Source: Candidatus Scalinduaceae bacterium
GTDB lineage: Bacteria; Planctomycetota; Brocadiia; Brocadiales; Scalinduaceae
Direction of reading: 5' to 3'
DNA: 47,215 bases
Assembly: GCA_046759445.1 (NCBI GenBank)
Contig: JBHICG010000022.1
Coordinates: forward strand, 1-47,215
The position numbers and the translations under genes were made by a program. Below are positions 7,956 through 17,037 of the stretch, piece by piece. Positions within the stretch are counted from its first letter, which is position 1; every line of letters begins with the position of its first letter. The notes under the pieces are model-generated. The model worked only from the letters and a program-made list of their open reading frames with translations. It had not been told where the DNA came from and searched no databases.

Positions 7956-9842
7956 ATGAGTATACCGATTCGTGTGTTGATTGTTGAAGATTCAGAGGAT
8001 GATAGTGTCTTAATAGTGCGTGAACTGGAACGAGGTGGCTATGATCCAAAGTTTGAACGAGTAGAAAACCGTCAAGCTATGAGAGACGCCCTTAGTAGGC
8101 TAACATGGGACGTTATCGTCTGCGACTATGCCATGCCGAAGTTCAGCATGGCTGAGGCATTGGAGACATTGCAGAAAAGTGGACTTAACCTGCCGTTCAT
8201 CCTTGTATCCGGCACTGTAGGAGAAGAAGTTGCCGTTGAGGCTATGAAGACTGGCGCAGATGATTATATCATGAAGGATAGATTGGCAAGACTTGTTCCC
8301 TCCATTGAGCGAGAGCTGCGCGAGGCACAGAAAAGGCGTCAGGTCAGTGTAATACAGGAGCAACTCAAACTGTTATCTCACGCCGTAGAACAGAGTCCTG
8401 CTGTGGTAGTGATTACTGATAGCAAAGGTAATATTGAATACGTAAATCCTAAGTTTAAGGACATTACAGGCTATACATATAAAGAAGCCTTAGGAAATAA
8501 CCCCTGCATCATGAAATCTGGCAAACACACTCAAGAATTTTACAAAGGACTATGGGCTACAATTACGTCAGGTAAAGTGTGGCGTGGGGAGATTTGTAAT
8601 AAAAAGAAAGGTGGTGAACTATATTGGGAATCAGCATCCATTTCACCTGTCAAAAACAAAGAGGGGACAATTAGCCATTTCATTGCCGTAAAGGAAGAAA
8701 TAACGGAGCGAAAGCGGATAGATGATACAATTCAGGCTCTTGTCAAGAGCACAGTGGGAACGACAGGCCAAGATTTCTTTGACGGAGTTGTCAGTAGCTT
8801 GTGCGAATGGCTCGGCGTTGACTGTGCCTTTATGGGTCAAATCGTGGATGGGAATACTGTTAAATCGTTATCGATGCAACTTGATGGGAAGATTATTAAC
8901 GATTGCAATTACACTTTGGACGTAATCCCCACGCCATGTGGGAATGTTGCCGAATCTGGGTACTGTGTTTACCCTGAAGGAGTATGTAAATTGTTTCCAA
9001 ATGACACGGTTCTCTTAGAAATGGGGGCTGAAGGATATGTCGGCACACCCTTGCAGGATAAAAACGGCAAGGTTATTGGGTTACTCTGGGCCGTATCACG
9101 CCATAAACTGAATATACCGCTGCGTACTGCTGAAGTGATGGATATTATCGCAGCCAAGGCGAGCACCGAAATCGAAAGAATGCGTGCAGATGAGCAAATA
9201 AAGGCATCGCTCAGAGAAAAAGAGGTACTTCTGAAGGAAATTCACCATCGGGTCAAAAACAATCTGCAAATAGTTTCAAGTATGCTCAACCTTCAATCTG
9301 AATATATTAAGGAAAAAAAAACAATAGACGTATTCAGGGAGAGCCAGGCCCGTATCAAGTTAATAGCGCTCGTGCACGAACAATTGTATCAAGCTGAAGA
9401 TCTTGCGAGGGTTGATTTTGCGGAATACGTTCGTAACCTGATAAATTATTTATTAAGGGCGTATGGAGTCAATTGTAATTGTCTCTCAACTAAGATAAAT
9501 GGGAACAATGTTTTCCTTGATGTTAATACGGCAATCCCTTGTGGTTTGATAGTCAATGAACTTGTTTCAAATTCACTGAAATATGCCTTTCCTGCCTGCA
9601 CCAGTGGTGAGGGAAAGATGTCCAAAGGTAAAATTGAAGGAAAAATCTGCGTTAGCCTTAGTCCTGAAGATGATAAATATACTCTGATTGTCAGTGATAA
9701 TGGTGCGGGCTTTCCTGAAGATTTAGACTTCAGGAACACTACGACGTTAGGTATGCAGTTGGTGAAAACATTAACGGATCAGCTTGAAGGTTCCATCAAG
9801 CTTGATGTCAGTAATGGGACTGAATTTAAGATTACGTTTTAG
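7956..9842 (+). CDS. Cytoplasmic hybrid kinase REC-PAS-GAF-HisKA_2-HATPase
   Basis: REC (VCDYAMP), PAS (IEYVNPKF...WRGEICNKKK), GAF, LLKEIHHRVKNNLQ, NELVSNSLKYAF, DNGAG, LGMQLV. Confidence 0.93.
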   Translation: MSIPIRVLIVEDSEDDSVLIVRELERGGYDPKFERVENRQAMRDALSRLTWDVIVCDYAMPKFSMAEALETLQKSGLNLPFILVSGTVGEEVAVEAMKTGADDYIMKDRLARLVPSIERELREAQKRRQVSVIQEQLKLLSHAVEQSPAVVVITDSKGNIEYVNPKFKDITGYTYKEALGNNPCIMKSGKHTQEFYKGLWATITSGKVWRGEICNKKKGGELYWESASISPVKNKEGTISHFIAVKEEITERKRIDDTIQALVKSTVGTTGQDFFDGVVSSLCEWLGVDCAFMGQIVDGNTVKSLSMQLDGKIINDCNYTLDVIPTPCGNVAESGYCVYPEGVCKLFPNDTVLLEMGAEGYVGTPLQDKNGKVIGLLWAVSRHKLNIPLRTAEVMDIIAAKASTEIERMRADEQIKASLREKEVLLKEIHHRVKNNLQIVSSMLNLQSEYIKEKKTIDVFRESQARIKLIALVHEQLYQAEDLARVDFAEYVRNLINYLLRAYGVNCNCLSTKINGNNVFLDVNTAIPCGLIVNELVSNSLKYAFPACTSGEGKMSKGKIEGKICVSLSPEDDKYTLIVSDNGAGFPEDLDFRNTTTLGMQLVKTLTDQLEGSIKLDVSNGTEFKITF

Positions 9843-9886
9843 TTCCTTAATAAAAATATTTTGGCCATTTTTGGCAAAAAATTTCG

Positions 9887-9960
9887 ATTTGAGATTTAGG
9901 AATTTAGGAATTGGGGAATCCCTTAATCCCTCAATTCTTCAATATTTATAATTCCTAAAT
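9887..9960. repeat. Inverted 8-mer array
   Basis: ATTTAGGA ATTTAGGA ATTGGGGA then AATCCCTT AATCCCTC AATTCTTC ... AATTCCTA. Confidence 0.75.
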
Positions 9961-9966
9961 AATATT

Positions 9967-11502
9967 ATGAAAAATGCACAAATCCTGATTGTTGAAGATG
10001 AAAATATCGTAGCTTTGGACATACAAAATAGGCTTAAGCGCCTGGGATATGGGGTTCTTGCTGTTGCATCTTCTGGGAAGGAAGCTATTCAGAAGGCATC
10101 AGGAACCCGTCCGGATTTAGTGCTGATGGATATTATGTTAAAGGGGGATATGGATGGAGTGGAAACCGCCAAAAAATTGCAGGAGTTTTTAGATGTTCCT
10201 GTTGTGTATCTTACTGCTTATACGGATGACAGCACACTTCGAAGGGCAAAGGTAACGGAGCCCTATGGATACATTCTCAAACCTTTTGAAGAAAGAGATT
10301 TGCACATTAATATCGAGATAGCCCTCTATAAGCATGAGATGGAAAGGAAATTAAAAGAGAGTGAAAAGCATTATCACACCTTGGTAAAAGTGTCACCGGT
10401 AGGGGTATTCAATACGGATGCCGAGGGGCGCTGTTTATATGTAAACGAGCGATGGTGTGAGATAACAGGACTTACTATGGTAGAAGTGCTTGGAGAAGAC
10501 TGGTCGCGAGCCTTGCATCCCGATGACCGTGAGCGTGCCCTCACGGAGTGGTACCAGGCCACGAAAAAGAAGTTATCGTTTAAATCTGAATATCGCTTTA
10601 TTCGACCCGGTAGTGTAATAACTTGGGTATTAGGTCAAGGGATACCAGAGATAGCGGAAACCGGAGAAGTTATGAGCTATGTCGGCACAATCACCGACAT
10701 AACAGAGCGCAAGCAGATGGAAGAGTGTATCCGTCAGCATAACGAGGAGTTGGAAGAACTGGTAGAGAAGCGCGCCATGCGCATCAAGGAGCTGGAACGT
10801 CAACGAATGGAAAGCGAGAAGCTTGCTGCAGTTGGACGAATGGCGGCAAGGGTTGCCCACGAGATAAACAATCCGCTGGGAGGTATAAAGACATCCTTTC
10901 TCCTAATAAAGGATGCAGTACCAGAGAATCACCAATATTACCAATACGTAGGCATGGTAGAGAAAGAGATTGGACGTATTACGCGTATTGTGCGTCAGAT
11001 GTTCGACCTGTGCCGTCCGAACCAGGAAAGGCCAGGTAAGTTCGATGCCCGTGCAACCATTCGAGACGTAATAACCATGCTTAAGTATCTTGGTGAAGAG
11101 CACAGTGTAGACATAAACCTGGAACCATGTGAAGAGTCTATTGTTGTGACTATGTCTGAGGACATGCTCAGGCAGGTATTGTTTAACATTATTAAAAACG
11201 CCATAGAGGCATCTCCTCGGGTTGGCCTGGTCAATGTTGCCGTAAAGATTAGTGATAAGGCATTGACGATCATTGTCTCTGACCAGGGCAGTGGGATTCC
11301 AGACGAATTGCGCTCACAGATCTTCGAACCGTTCTTTACAACAAAGAGTAAAGGCTCTACGGGTGGATTAGGCCTGGGGCTTTCAACTACACAGAGTATT
11401 GTGGAAGCAAATGGAGGTTCCATTGATTTCATGAGCGGAAAGAACAAGGGTACGGTCTTTACGATAGAGCTGCCGATTATGGTGAATGATAAAAAGAGAT
11501 AA
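9967..11502 (+). CDS. Cytoplasmic hybrid kinase REC-PAS-HisKA-HATPase
   Basis: REC (VLMDIML, LTA, KPF), PAS (YVNERW, LHPDDR), [32 protein letters not shown]. Confidence 0.93.
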   Translation: MKNAQILIVEDENIVALDIQNRLKRLGYGVLAVASSGKEAIQKASGTRPDLVLMDIMLKGDMDGVETAKKLQEFLDVPVVYLTAYTDDSTLRRAKVTEPYGYILKPFEERDLHINIEIALYKHEMERKLKESEKHYHTLVKVSPVGVFNTDAEGRCLYVNERWCEITGLTMVEVLGEDWSRALHPDDRERALTEWYQATKKKLSFKSEYRFIRPGSVITWVLGQGIPEIAETGEVMSYVGTITDITERKQMEECIRQHNEELEELVEKRAMRIKELERQRMESEKLAAVGRMAARVAHEINNPLGGIKTSFLLIKDAVPENHQYYQYVGMVEKEIGRITRIVRQMFDLCRPNQERPGKFDARATIRDVITMLKYLGEEHSVDINLEPCEESIVVTMSEDMLRQVLFNIIKNAIEASPRVGLVNVAVKISDKALTIIVSDQGSGIPDELRSQIFEPFFTTKSKGSTGGLGLGLSTTQSIVEANGGSIDFMSGKNKGTVFTIELPIMVNDKKR

Positions 11503-11528
11503 GAGTAGCCATATAGGGGTTGCCTATT

Positions 11529-11592
11529 GGCAGGTTATCCGAGAATTGCCTATGACAAAAAATAGTGCTTTTGTTTATTCTCGGACAGTCTG
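11529..11592. mobile_element. Miniature derivative of the IS1182-like element (two terminal repeats around a 30-bp core)
   Basis: GGCAGGTTATCCGAGAAT ... ATTCTCGGACAGTCTG match 706-723 in inverted and direct orientation. Confidence 0.65.
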
Positions 11593-11786
11593 TTGACGGC
11601 ATCCTATAAAATGGATATACATAATATAATCTCGGAAGCAACTACTCACTAATCAAACCTAGGGAAGCTATTCTTAAAATAGGATACTTTAGATTCCCTG
11701 GCACTTGTTTTATTACGTCTAAAGGCGAGCTGAGCGCGGCTTAATAAATTAATATCCAAAGCACGTCAAGTTGCATCTTGCCTACC

Positions 11787-11928
11787 GTAGTGAAATACCT
11801 TTGGCAATTCGGAGAATTGCACGGTTTCCACTACAAACGGTTACAATCGTAATACTGTGCAAAATTTGATATTCTCATAGCATAAATATGCGTGCTAAGT
11901 TTGATGGAGGGCTAAAGACCTCCGCTAC
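11787..11928. repeat. Two REP-like hairpins
   Basis: GTAGTGAAATACC..GCAATTC GGA GAATTGC..GGTTTCCACTAC (11787-11834) and GGAGGGCTAAAGACCTCCGCTAC (11906-11928). Confidence 0.55.
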
Positions 11929-12042
11929 AATCTTCGAGCAGATTTTTTAATGCTCGGTACGGCTCATATATTATTGTGAATATAGAGCTTAAAACAGCAA
12001 CTTCCCGCTAACCCGCTTAAAAAAATAAAAATTCCTATAATA

Positions 12043-13479
12043 TCAGGGTGGTGATTGCCTATTGCTGATGGTATGTACTATGACGGCATTGGTGGTACCA
12101 GCGATGCCGATTGGTTGGCCGGCCAACAGGACAACCTTATCTCCGATATGAGCCCAATTGCGACTGATAATGAAATGATCCACTATCTGGGTGAACTGAT
12201 TGATATCCTCTGGTATTGGTTGGCATCGGGGTATTACGCCGTAATACAGGCTCATTTGATTGCATGTGCGCTGGTCAGAACTTAACGCGAGGATAGGAAC
12301 GCTAATGCGTTCTTTGCTGAGCAATCTGATTGTTGAGCCTGTTTGCGACCATACTGCCACAAGTTTAGCGGAAATATCATTTACGATCTGGTTTACACTA
12401 CGGGTCATTGCCGCAGTTAAGATTAATTCATCCCCCGTAATGGTCTTAGGGAGTGCATCTTCGTTCTGGTGGAGATATTCTTCTATCACTCTGGCAATAC
12501 GTTGGATGGTTTGTGCCGCTTTGAGCGGATATTTACCCACAGCGGTTTCACCAGAAAGCATAACCGCATCGGTAAAGTCCATGATAGCGTTAGCCACGTC
12601 TGACACTTCAGCTCTGGTAGCGGTGGGATTATAGATCATACTTTGTAGCATCTGGGTGGCTACTATCACGGGCTTGCCAAGACGCCGACAAATTTGAGTG
12701 ATTCGTTTTTGAATGACCGGTACCTTAGCCAGGTCCATTTCAACACCGAGATCACCTCGTGCTACCAATACGGCATCACTGGCGTGAATTATGTCTTCCA
12801 AATGAGTCAATGCCTGCGGTGTTTCAATCTTAGCAACTACCTTTATGTCTGCACCGGCTTTACTAAGATAAGTTTTCAACTGATTGATTTCTTCTTTCGA
12901 CCGTACGAAGCTTAAGGCTAAAAAATCTGTTTCATGCTGGATAGCCCAATCAACGCATTGCCAATCACGTTCTGTAATTGATGGCACACTTACTTTGGTA
13001 TCTGGTAGATTGATTCCCTTGTGGCTGTATAGCGGTCCCCCAACCATGACCTTGCACAGTGTATGATCATCATTTTTATCGATTACGCTCAGTGCAATTT
13101 GGCCATCATCGATAAAGACGCGGTGGTCAACATCAACATCTTGAGAGAAATATTCATAATTTGTGCCGAAGCGATTCACGTTACCCTGTTCTTCACTGTG
13201 TATAATGCTGACCTCATCTCCTACTTTCAATACCTCTCCCTCCGGATGGATACGTCCGATACGTATCTTCGGACCGCATAGATCACACATTACGGCAGTC
13301 GTGTGACGGTGCTGTTCACGAACGGCATTCAGTATCTCTAATGATTGGGCATGTCCATCGAGTGTGCCGTGAGAGAAGTTCAATCGAAAGATATCTACAC
13401 CATTGTCAATCATGGACTTGATTGTTTCGTGCTGATTGCAAGAAGGACCGAGTGTGGCGATTATTTTAGTCTTTATCAT
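12043..13479 (-). CDS. pyk: Pyruvate kinase
   Basis: KTKIIATLGP, RLNFSHG, AKIE, VARGDLGVE, ATQML, TRAEVSDVANA, MLSGETA. Confidence 0.97.
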   Translation of the reverse strand: MIKTKIIATLGPSCNQHETIKSMIDNGVDIFRLNFSHGTLDGHAQSLEILNAVREQHRHTTAVMCDLCGPKIRIGRIHPEGEVLKVGDEVSIIHSEEQGNVNRFGTNYEYFSQDVDVDHRVFIDDGQIALSVIDKNDDHTLCKVMVGGPLYSHKGINLPDTKVSVPSITERDWQCVDWAIQHETDFLALSFVRSKEEINQLKTYLSKAGADIKVVAKIETPQALTHLEDIIHASDAVLVARGDLGVEMDLAKVPVIQKRITQICRRLGKPVIVATQMLQSMIYNPTATRAEVSDVANAIMDFTDAVMLSGETAVGKYPLKAAQTIQRIARVIEEYLHQNEDALPKTITGDELILTAAMTRSVNQIVNDISAKLVAVWSQTGSTIRLLSKERISVPILALSSDQRTCNQMSLYYGVIPRCQPIPEDINQFTQIVDHFIISRNWAHIGDKVVLLAGQPIGIAGTTNAVIVHTISNRQSPP

Positions 13480-13585
13480 TTTGGGTAATCATTCACAGCA
13501 TAATAAATCGTCTTTGACACGGATTTACAGTAAAATAACAATATTCTTGTAAGTTCTCAATAACTTAAAAACCTATGAGATCCCG

Positions 13586-13684
13586 ACCCCCATAGCCCCG
13601 CTGCCCCAGCATCTTGCTTTCGCTCTTACAGAGCCTACTTTTGGCAAGAAAGCGCAGGGGCAAGATGCGGGGGGAAATGGGGTG
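13586..13684. repeat. GC-rich long hairpin upstream of pyk
   Basis: CCCCAT..CCCC-A-GCATCTTGC ... GCAAGATGC-GGGG..ATGGGG. Confidence 0.5.
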
Positions 13685-13791
13685 GTAAAAAATTTAAAAT
13701 CCTTTTTCTTTGAAATATGCACTAATCCCTTCTTTAAGGTAAACGCCTATATCTCCGAGTTTTTTGTTGCCTGATTGCTTAAGGATATTGG

Positions 13792-15678
13792 TTATTGAGG
13801 TTCCAGCCAGACAACGTCATAGGGTTTTAATGTAAGGTTGATACTCTCATCTTTAAAAGTATACATATCTTGGCCAACTAGATCATACCATTCTTGTTTG
13901 AATATATGAACTGTTTTCATGGGAATTGTTACGTGACACTTATCATCTGTAACATTGATCAAAGAGAGGATATGCTGGTCTTTGTCCGGAGATGTTCTTA
14001 AAACTACAAATATCTCAGGTATGATTTTTAAAATGTTCTGAGCTCCATTTGGGTGAAAGGTGCTCTGTTTTGTCCTGATAGTAATAAGTGCGTTAAGTTT
14101 ATGGATGATTATTGATGTTAATGTATTAGGATTATCTATAGCTTTTGTGAGTGTACTGTAATTAATTACTGTACGATTAATCTCACGCCTTGTCTCTGTC
14201 TCAATCACCGCATTTATATCATTAGTGGTGCCAAAAAAGCTGTGCAAATAGATTCCTGGAACCCCTTGAAGAACTAATGCTATGGCTCTTGAAGCAATAA
14301 ACTTTTTGATCTGACGATCTAAATGTCCTATACCGTCTTCTCTATTAAGAGCACTAAACCAGGTGATATTAATCTCATATGGTATCTCTTTGCCACCCTT
14401 AACGATTTTATAAGATATATGTCCTCCATGCTCTCTTGCTCTTTGGATAATAAAGTTGATTTCCTCATGTGATAGTATGTCCTCAACTGCCATAAGTCCC
14501 ACACCGTCATGTGAGTCAAGAAAATTGAAATAGGTGGTTGTTTCAGAAGCTGGTTTGAGGCTTGCTGCCCATTCGGAGAGTTTGGTTGTGTCTTTAGAGT
14601 AGAATGTGTAAAGCACAAGAGGTGGCAGGGTGAAATTGTAGACCATATGAGCCTCGTCATTACCATTTCCAAAGTATGAAATATTTTCTTTATGAGGAAT
14701 GTTTGTTTCGGTAATTATTGCCACATGCGGTGCAACAAGGTCTAAGACATCGCGAAAAATCTTGATAATCATGTGTGTCTGTTCCAGATTGGCACATGAA
14801 GTTCCTGGATTTGCCCAAAGAAAGGTGATAGCATCAAGCCTGATAATATCAGCCCCTTTGCGCACATAAAATAGTAATATCTCAATAACCCTTATCAATA
14901 CTTCGGGGTTTTTATAATTTAAATCGATTTGGTCTGTGGAGAAAGTTGACCAGACATATCTCTCTCCATTGACAGTTTGGAATTTTGTAAGAATATCAGA
15001 AGTTCTCGGACGAAAAATGATGGTATGCTCCTGAGGTGTAAGATCATCATAAGAGTCATAGCTGATAAAAAAGTCTATGTAGTGTGGGGTTGCTTCCAAG
15101 AACTTCTGAAACCAGCGGCTTTTTGATGAAACATGGTTTATAACCCCGTCAAACATCAGTTTATAACGTGTCTCCATATCTTCAAAATTCACCCATGTTC
15201 CAAGCCTGGGGTCTACAGTCTCAAAATCTACAATTGAAAAACCCTTATCTGATGAATAGGGGAAAAATGGGAGTATATGAAGTGTATTAATTGTCTGTTT
15301 GAGATAGATACCACAAAATTTTGAGAGTGTTGCAAGAGGAGAAACACCATCTTCACGAATAAGATCTCCATAAGTAATTAAGATAACGTCCTCTTCTGTA
15401 AAACGATTTTTTGGATCAAATGTTTTTGTAATCTCTATCATTTCTTCAGTTTTATAGGCATAATAGACTTTACAGATACGTTCAAGTTCGGGCATATATT
15501 TATTTGCTGTCTGTCTGCCGTATAAAAGGGTGAGCTTAGTTAGGATTTTTTCATGAACATCATGTGGTATCTCTAAACGATTTTTTTGATAATCAGGTTC
15601 TAGATTATGAATAAACTTAATGCCTTCATAACGTCTTCTTCTCTTTCTGTTTAGATTATCTGTTTTTCTCTTTTTCAT
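13792..15678 (-). CDS. GH13_18 sugar phosphorylase, glucosylglycerate phosphorylase-like
   Basis: LITYGD, HILPFFPYSSD.GFS, NHVS, WSTFS.DQIDLN, IRLDA, ITETN.PH, FLDSHDG, PYEINIT. Start placed at ATG 15678; the ORF track extends into the fba remnant. Confidence 0.9.
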   Translation of the reverse strand: MKKRKTDNLNRKRRRRYEGIKFIHNLEPDYQKNRLEIPHDVHEKILTKLTLLYGRQTANKYMPELERICKVYYAYKTEEMIEITKTFDPKNRFTEEDVILITYGDLIREDGVSPLATLSKFCGIYLKQTINTLHILPFFPYSSDKGFSIVDFETVDPRLGTWVNFEDMETRYKLMFDGVINHVSSKSRWFQKFLEATPHYIDFFISYDSYDDLTPQEHTIIFRPRTSDILTKFQTVNGERYVWSTFSTDQIDLNYKNPEVLIRVIEILLFYVRKGADIIRLDAITFLWANPGTSCANLEQTHMIIKIFRDVLDLVAPHVAIITETNIPHKENISYFGNGNDEAHMVYNFTLPPLVLYTFYSKDTTKLSEWAASLKPASETTTYFNFLDSHDGVGLMAVEDILSHEEINFIIQRAREHGGHISYKIVKGGKEIPYEINITWFSALNREDGIGHLDRQIKKFIASRAIALVLQGVPGIYLHSFFGTTNDINAVIETETRREINRTVINYSTLTKAIDNPNTLTSIIIHKLNALITIRTKQSTFHPNGAQNILKIIPEIFVVLRTSPDKDQHILSLINVTDDKCHVTIPMKTVHIFKQEWYDLVGQDMYTFKDESINLTLKPYDVVWLEPQ

Positions 15679-16019
15679 CTTTTGTACTATAATCGAGAGA
15701 GCCATCAATCATCACAGACGTAAAGCCTAGAGCAATACACTCTCTTATTGTATCAATATCCGGCCCATGGTCCAAATGAAGAGACATTGGAATATGCGGA
15801 TATTTCTCCTCTGCCATATATTTTACCATGGCCGTCAATAAACCTTTATCGGCGTATTTAAGCGCATTCCTACTTACCTGAATTATTACGGGAGAACTTG
15901 TCTCGGCTGCTGCATCACATATTGCCTAACTGCTCCATGTTGTTAACATTAAAAGCGCCAACGCCGTAACCACCCTTATTGGCTTCATCGAGTATGAGTT
16001 TCATCGGTACAAGAGCCAT
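15656..16019 (-). pseudogene. fba: Class II fructose-bisphosphate aldolase, frameshifted and truncated
   Basis: GGGAG RBS then MALVPMKLILDEANKGGYGVGAFNVNNMEQ, frameshift near 15926, then AICDAAAETSSPVIIQVS...LHLDHG...GFTSVMIDGS, stopping after ~120 codons. Confidence 0.9.
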
Positions 16020-16315
16020 TTGCTACTCCCAAGATTTATAAATGAAAATAAGCGAAATTAAGGTTTCAAGGGTTTTTGGTAGCGTATTTTGTTTCAGGGT
16101 TTAACCATTTATTAGACTTTTGGAATGTAATAATACCTGATGTATGTGAAGTGCATTCTGTAACCAATGCCTGGCAATAATTCCTTAAGTCAATGATATT
16201 AATGGAGTATATTTGCATGTATAGGGTAGATATGCAAGCCATTGGGAAAAAAGAGAAAATCAAGTCTGGGACTGTAATATGTGTGAAACCCGCTAACTCG
16301 ACTGAATCTTAAGGA

Positions 16316-16708
16316 TTAAACTATAACAACTGAGTTATCACAGTCTCCGTAAGGGCTTTTCACATATTTGTCGGCATTCCAGTCATTTTCCCATTTTGAT
16401 TCGTCAATGAGGTAACGAAACTGATATTCCCTTTCTAGCTCAAGGTTAAGAGTGATGGTATAGTCTCCACTTTTCAGCTTTTTCATAGGGGTAGCATGAA
16501 TATTCCAATTATTAAAATCACCAACGATATATACACTCTTTGCGTCAGGAGCAACGACTTTTGGCAATCTGAAACTAACTCTGTATACATTTTTGGTCTT
16601 AAGATATTCTTTTTTTATCCCAAAGTTCTTTGTTATTGCTTCCTTTGGTGCTGTTCCTTTCCTGGCAGTCTTTTTTGCGGTGGTCTTTTCTTTCTTTGCG
16701 TTTGCCAT
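16316..16708 (-). CDS. Stand-alone CBM48 / isoamylase early-set glycogen-binding protein
   Basis: VYIVGDFNNW, PM, YQFRYLIDE..WENDW.AD; GGAGG RBS; Lys/Ala/Thr-rich N-terminus. Confidence 0.88.
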   Translation of the reverse strand: MANAKKEKTTAKKTARKGTAPKEAITKNFGIKKEYLKTKNVYRVSFRLPKVVAPDAKSVYIVGDFNNWNIHATPMKKLKSGDYTITLNLELEREYQFRYLIDESKWENDWNADKYVKSPYGDCDNSVVIV

Positions 16709-17037
16709 TGCTATCCTCCTTTAGTTGAAAAAGCTTTGTTCAAAGCATTATTTAAATATTCAACTTATACTGCAATTGTATAAAAAAATCTATTGAAAAT
16801 TGATATCTTAAGCAATTTTTTATAATGTTCTAGAAATACATAAGGTTAGACTTTGTTATTTTAAATGACGCTTTGAAGTAAAGTCTTCAAGGTAAAAGTT
16901 TTTATGAGACCTCTGTACTAGACAACTGGGAAAAGACATTTGCCCATGACATAAAAAAAGATAAAAAATTCTCTTGACTTAATACAGTAATTTAAGAGGA
17001 TAGGAAAGATTTTAAGAGAAAGGGGGATAGAATAGAA

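Noticed and set aside
15679..15708. N-terminal MMALSIIVQK extension of the phosphorylase
   Set aside because: It is an alternative frame of the fba remnant (VMIDGSLDYSTK).
16066..16263. 65-aa ORF upstream of fba
   Set aside because: No motif or RBS; probably promoter DNA.
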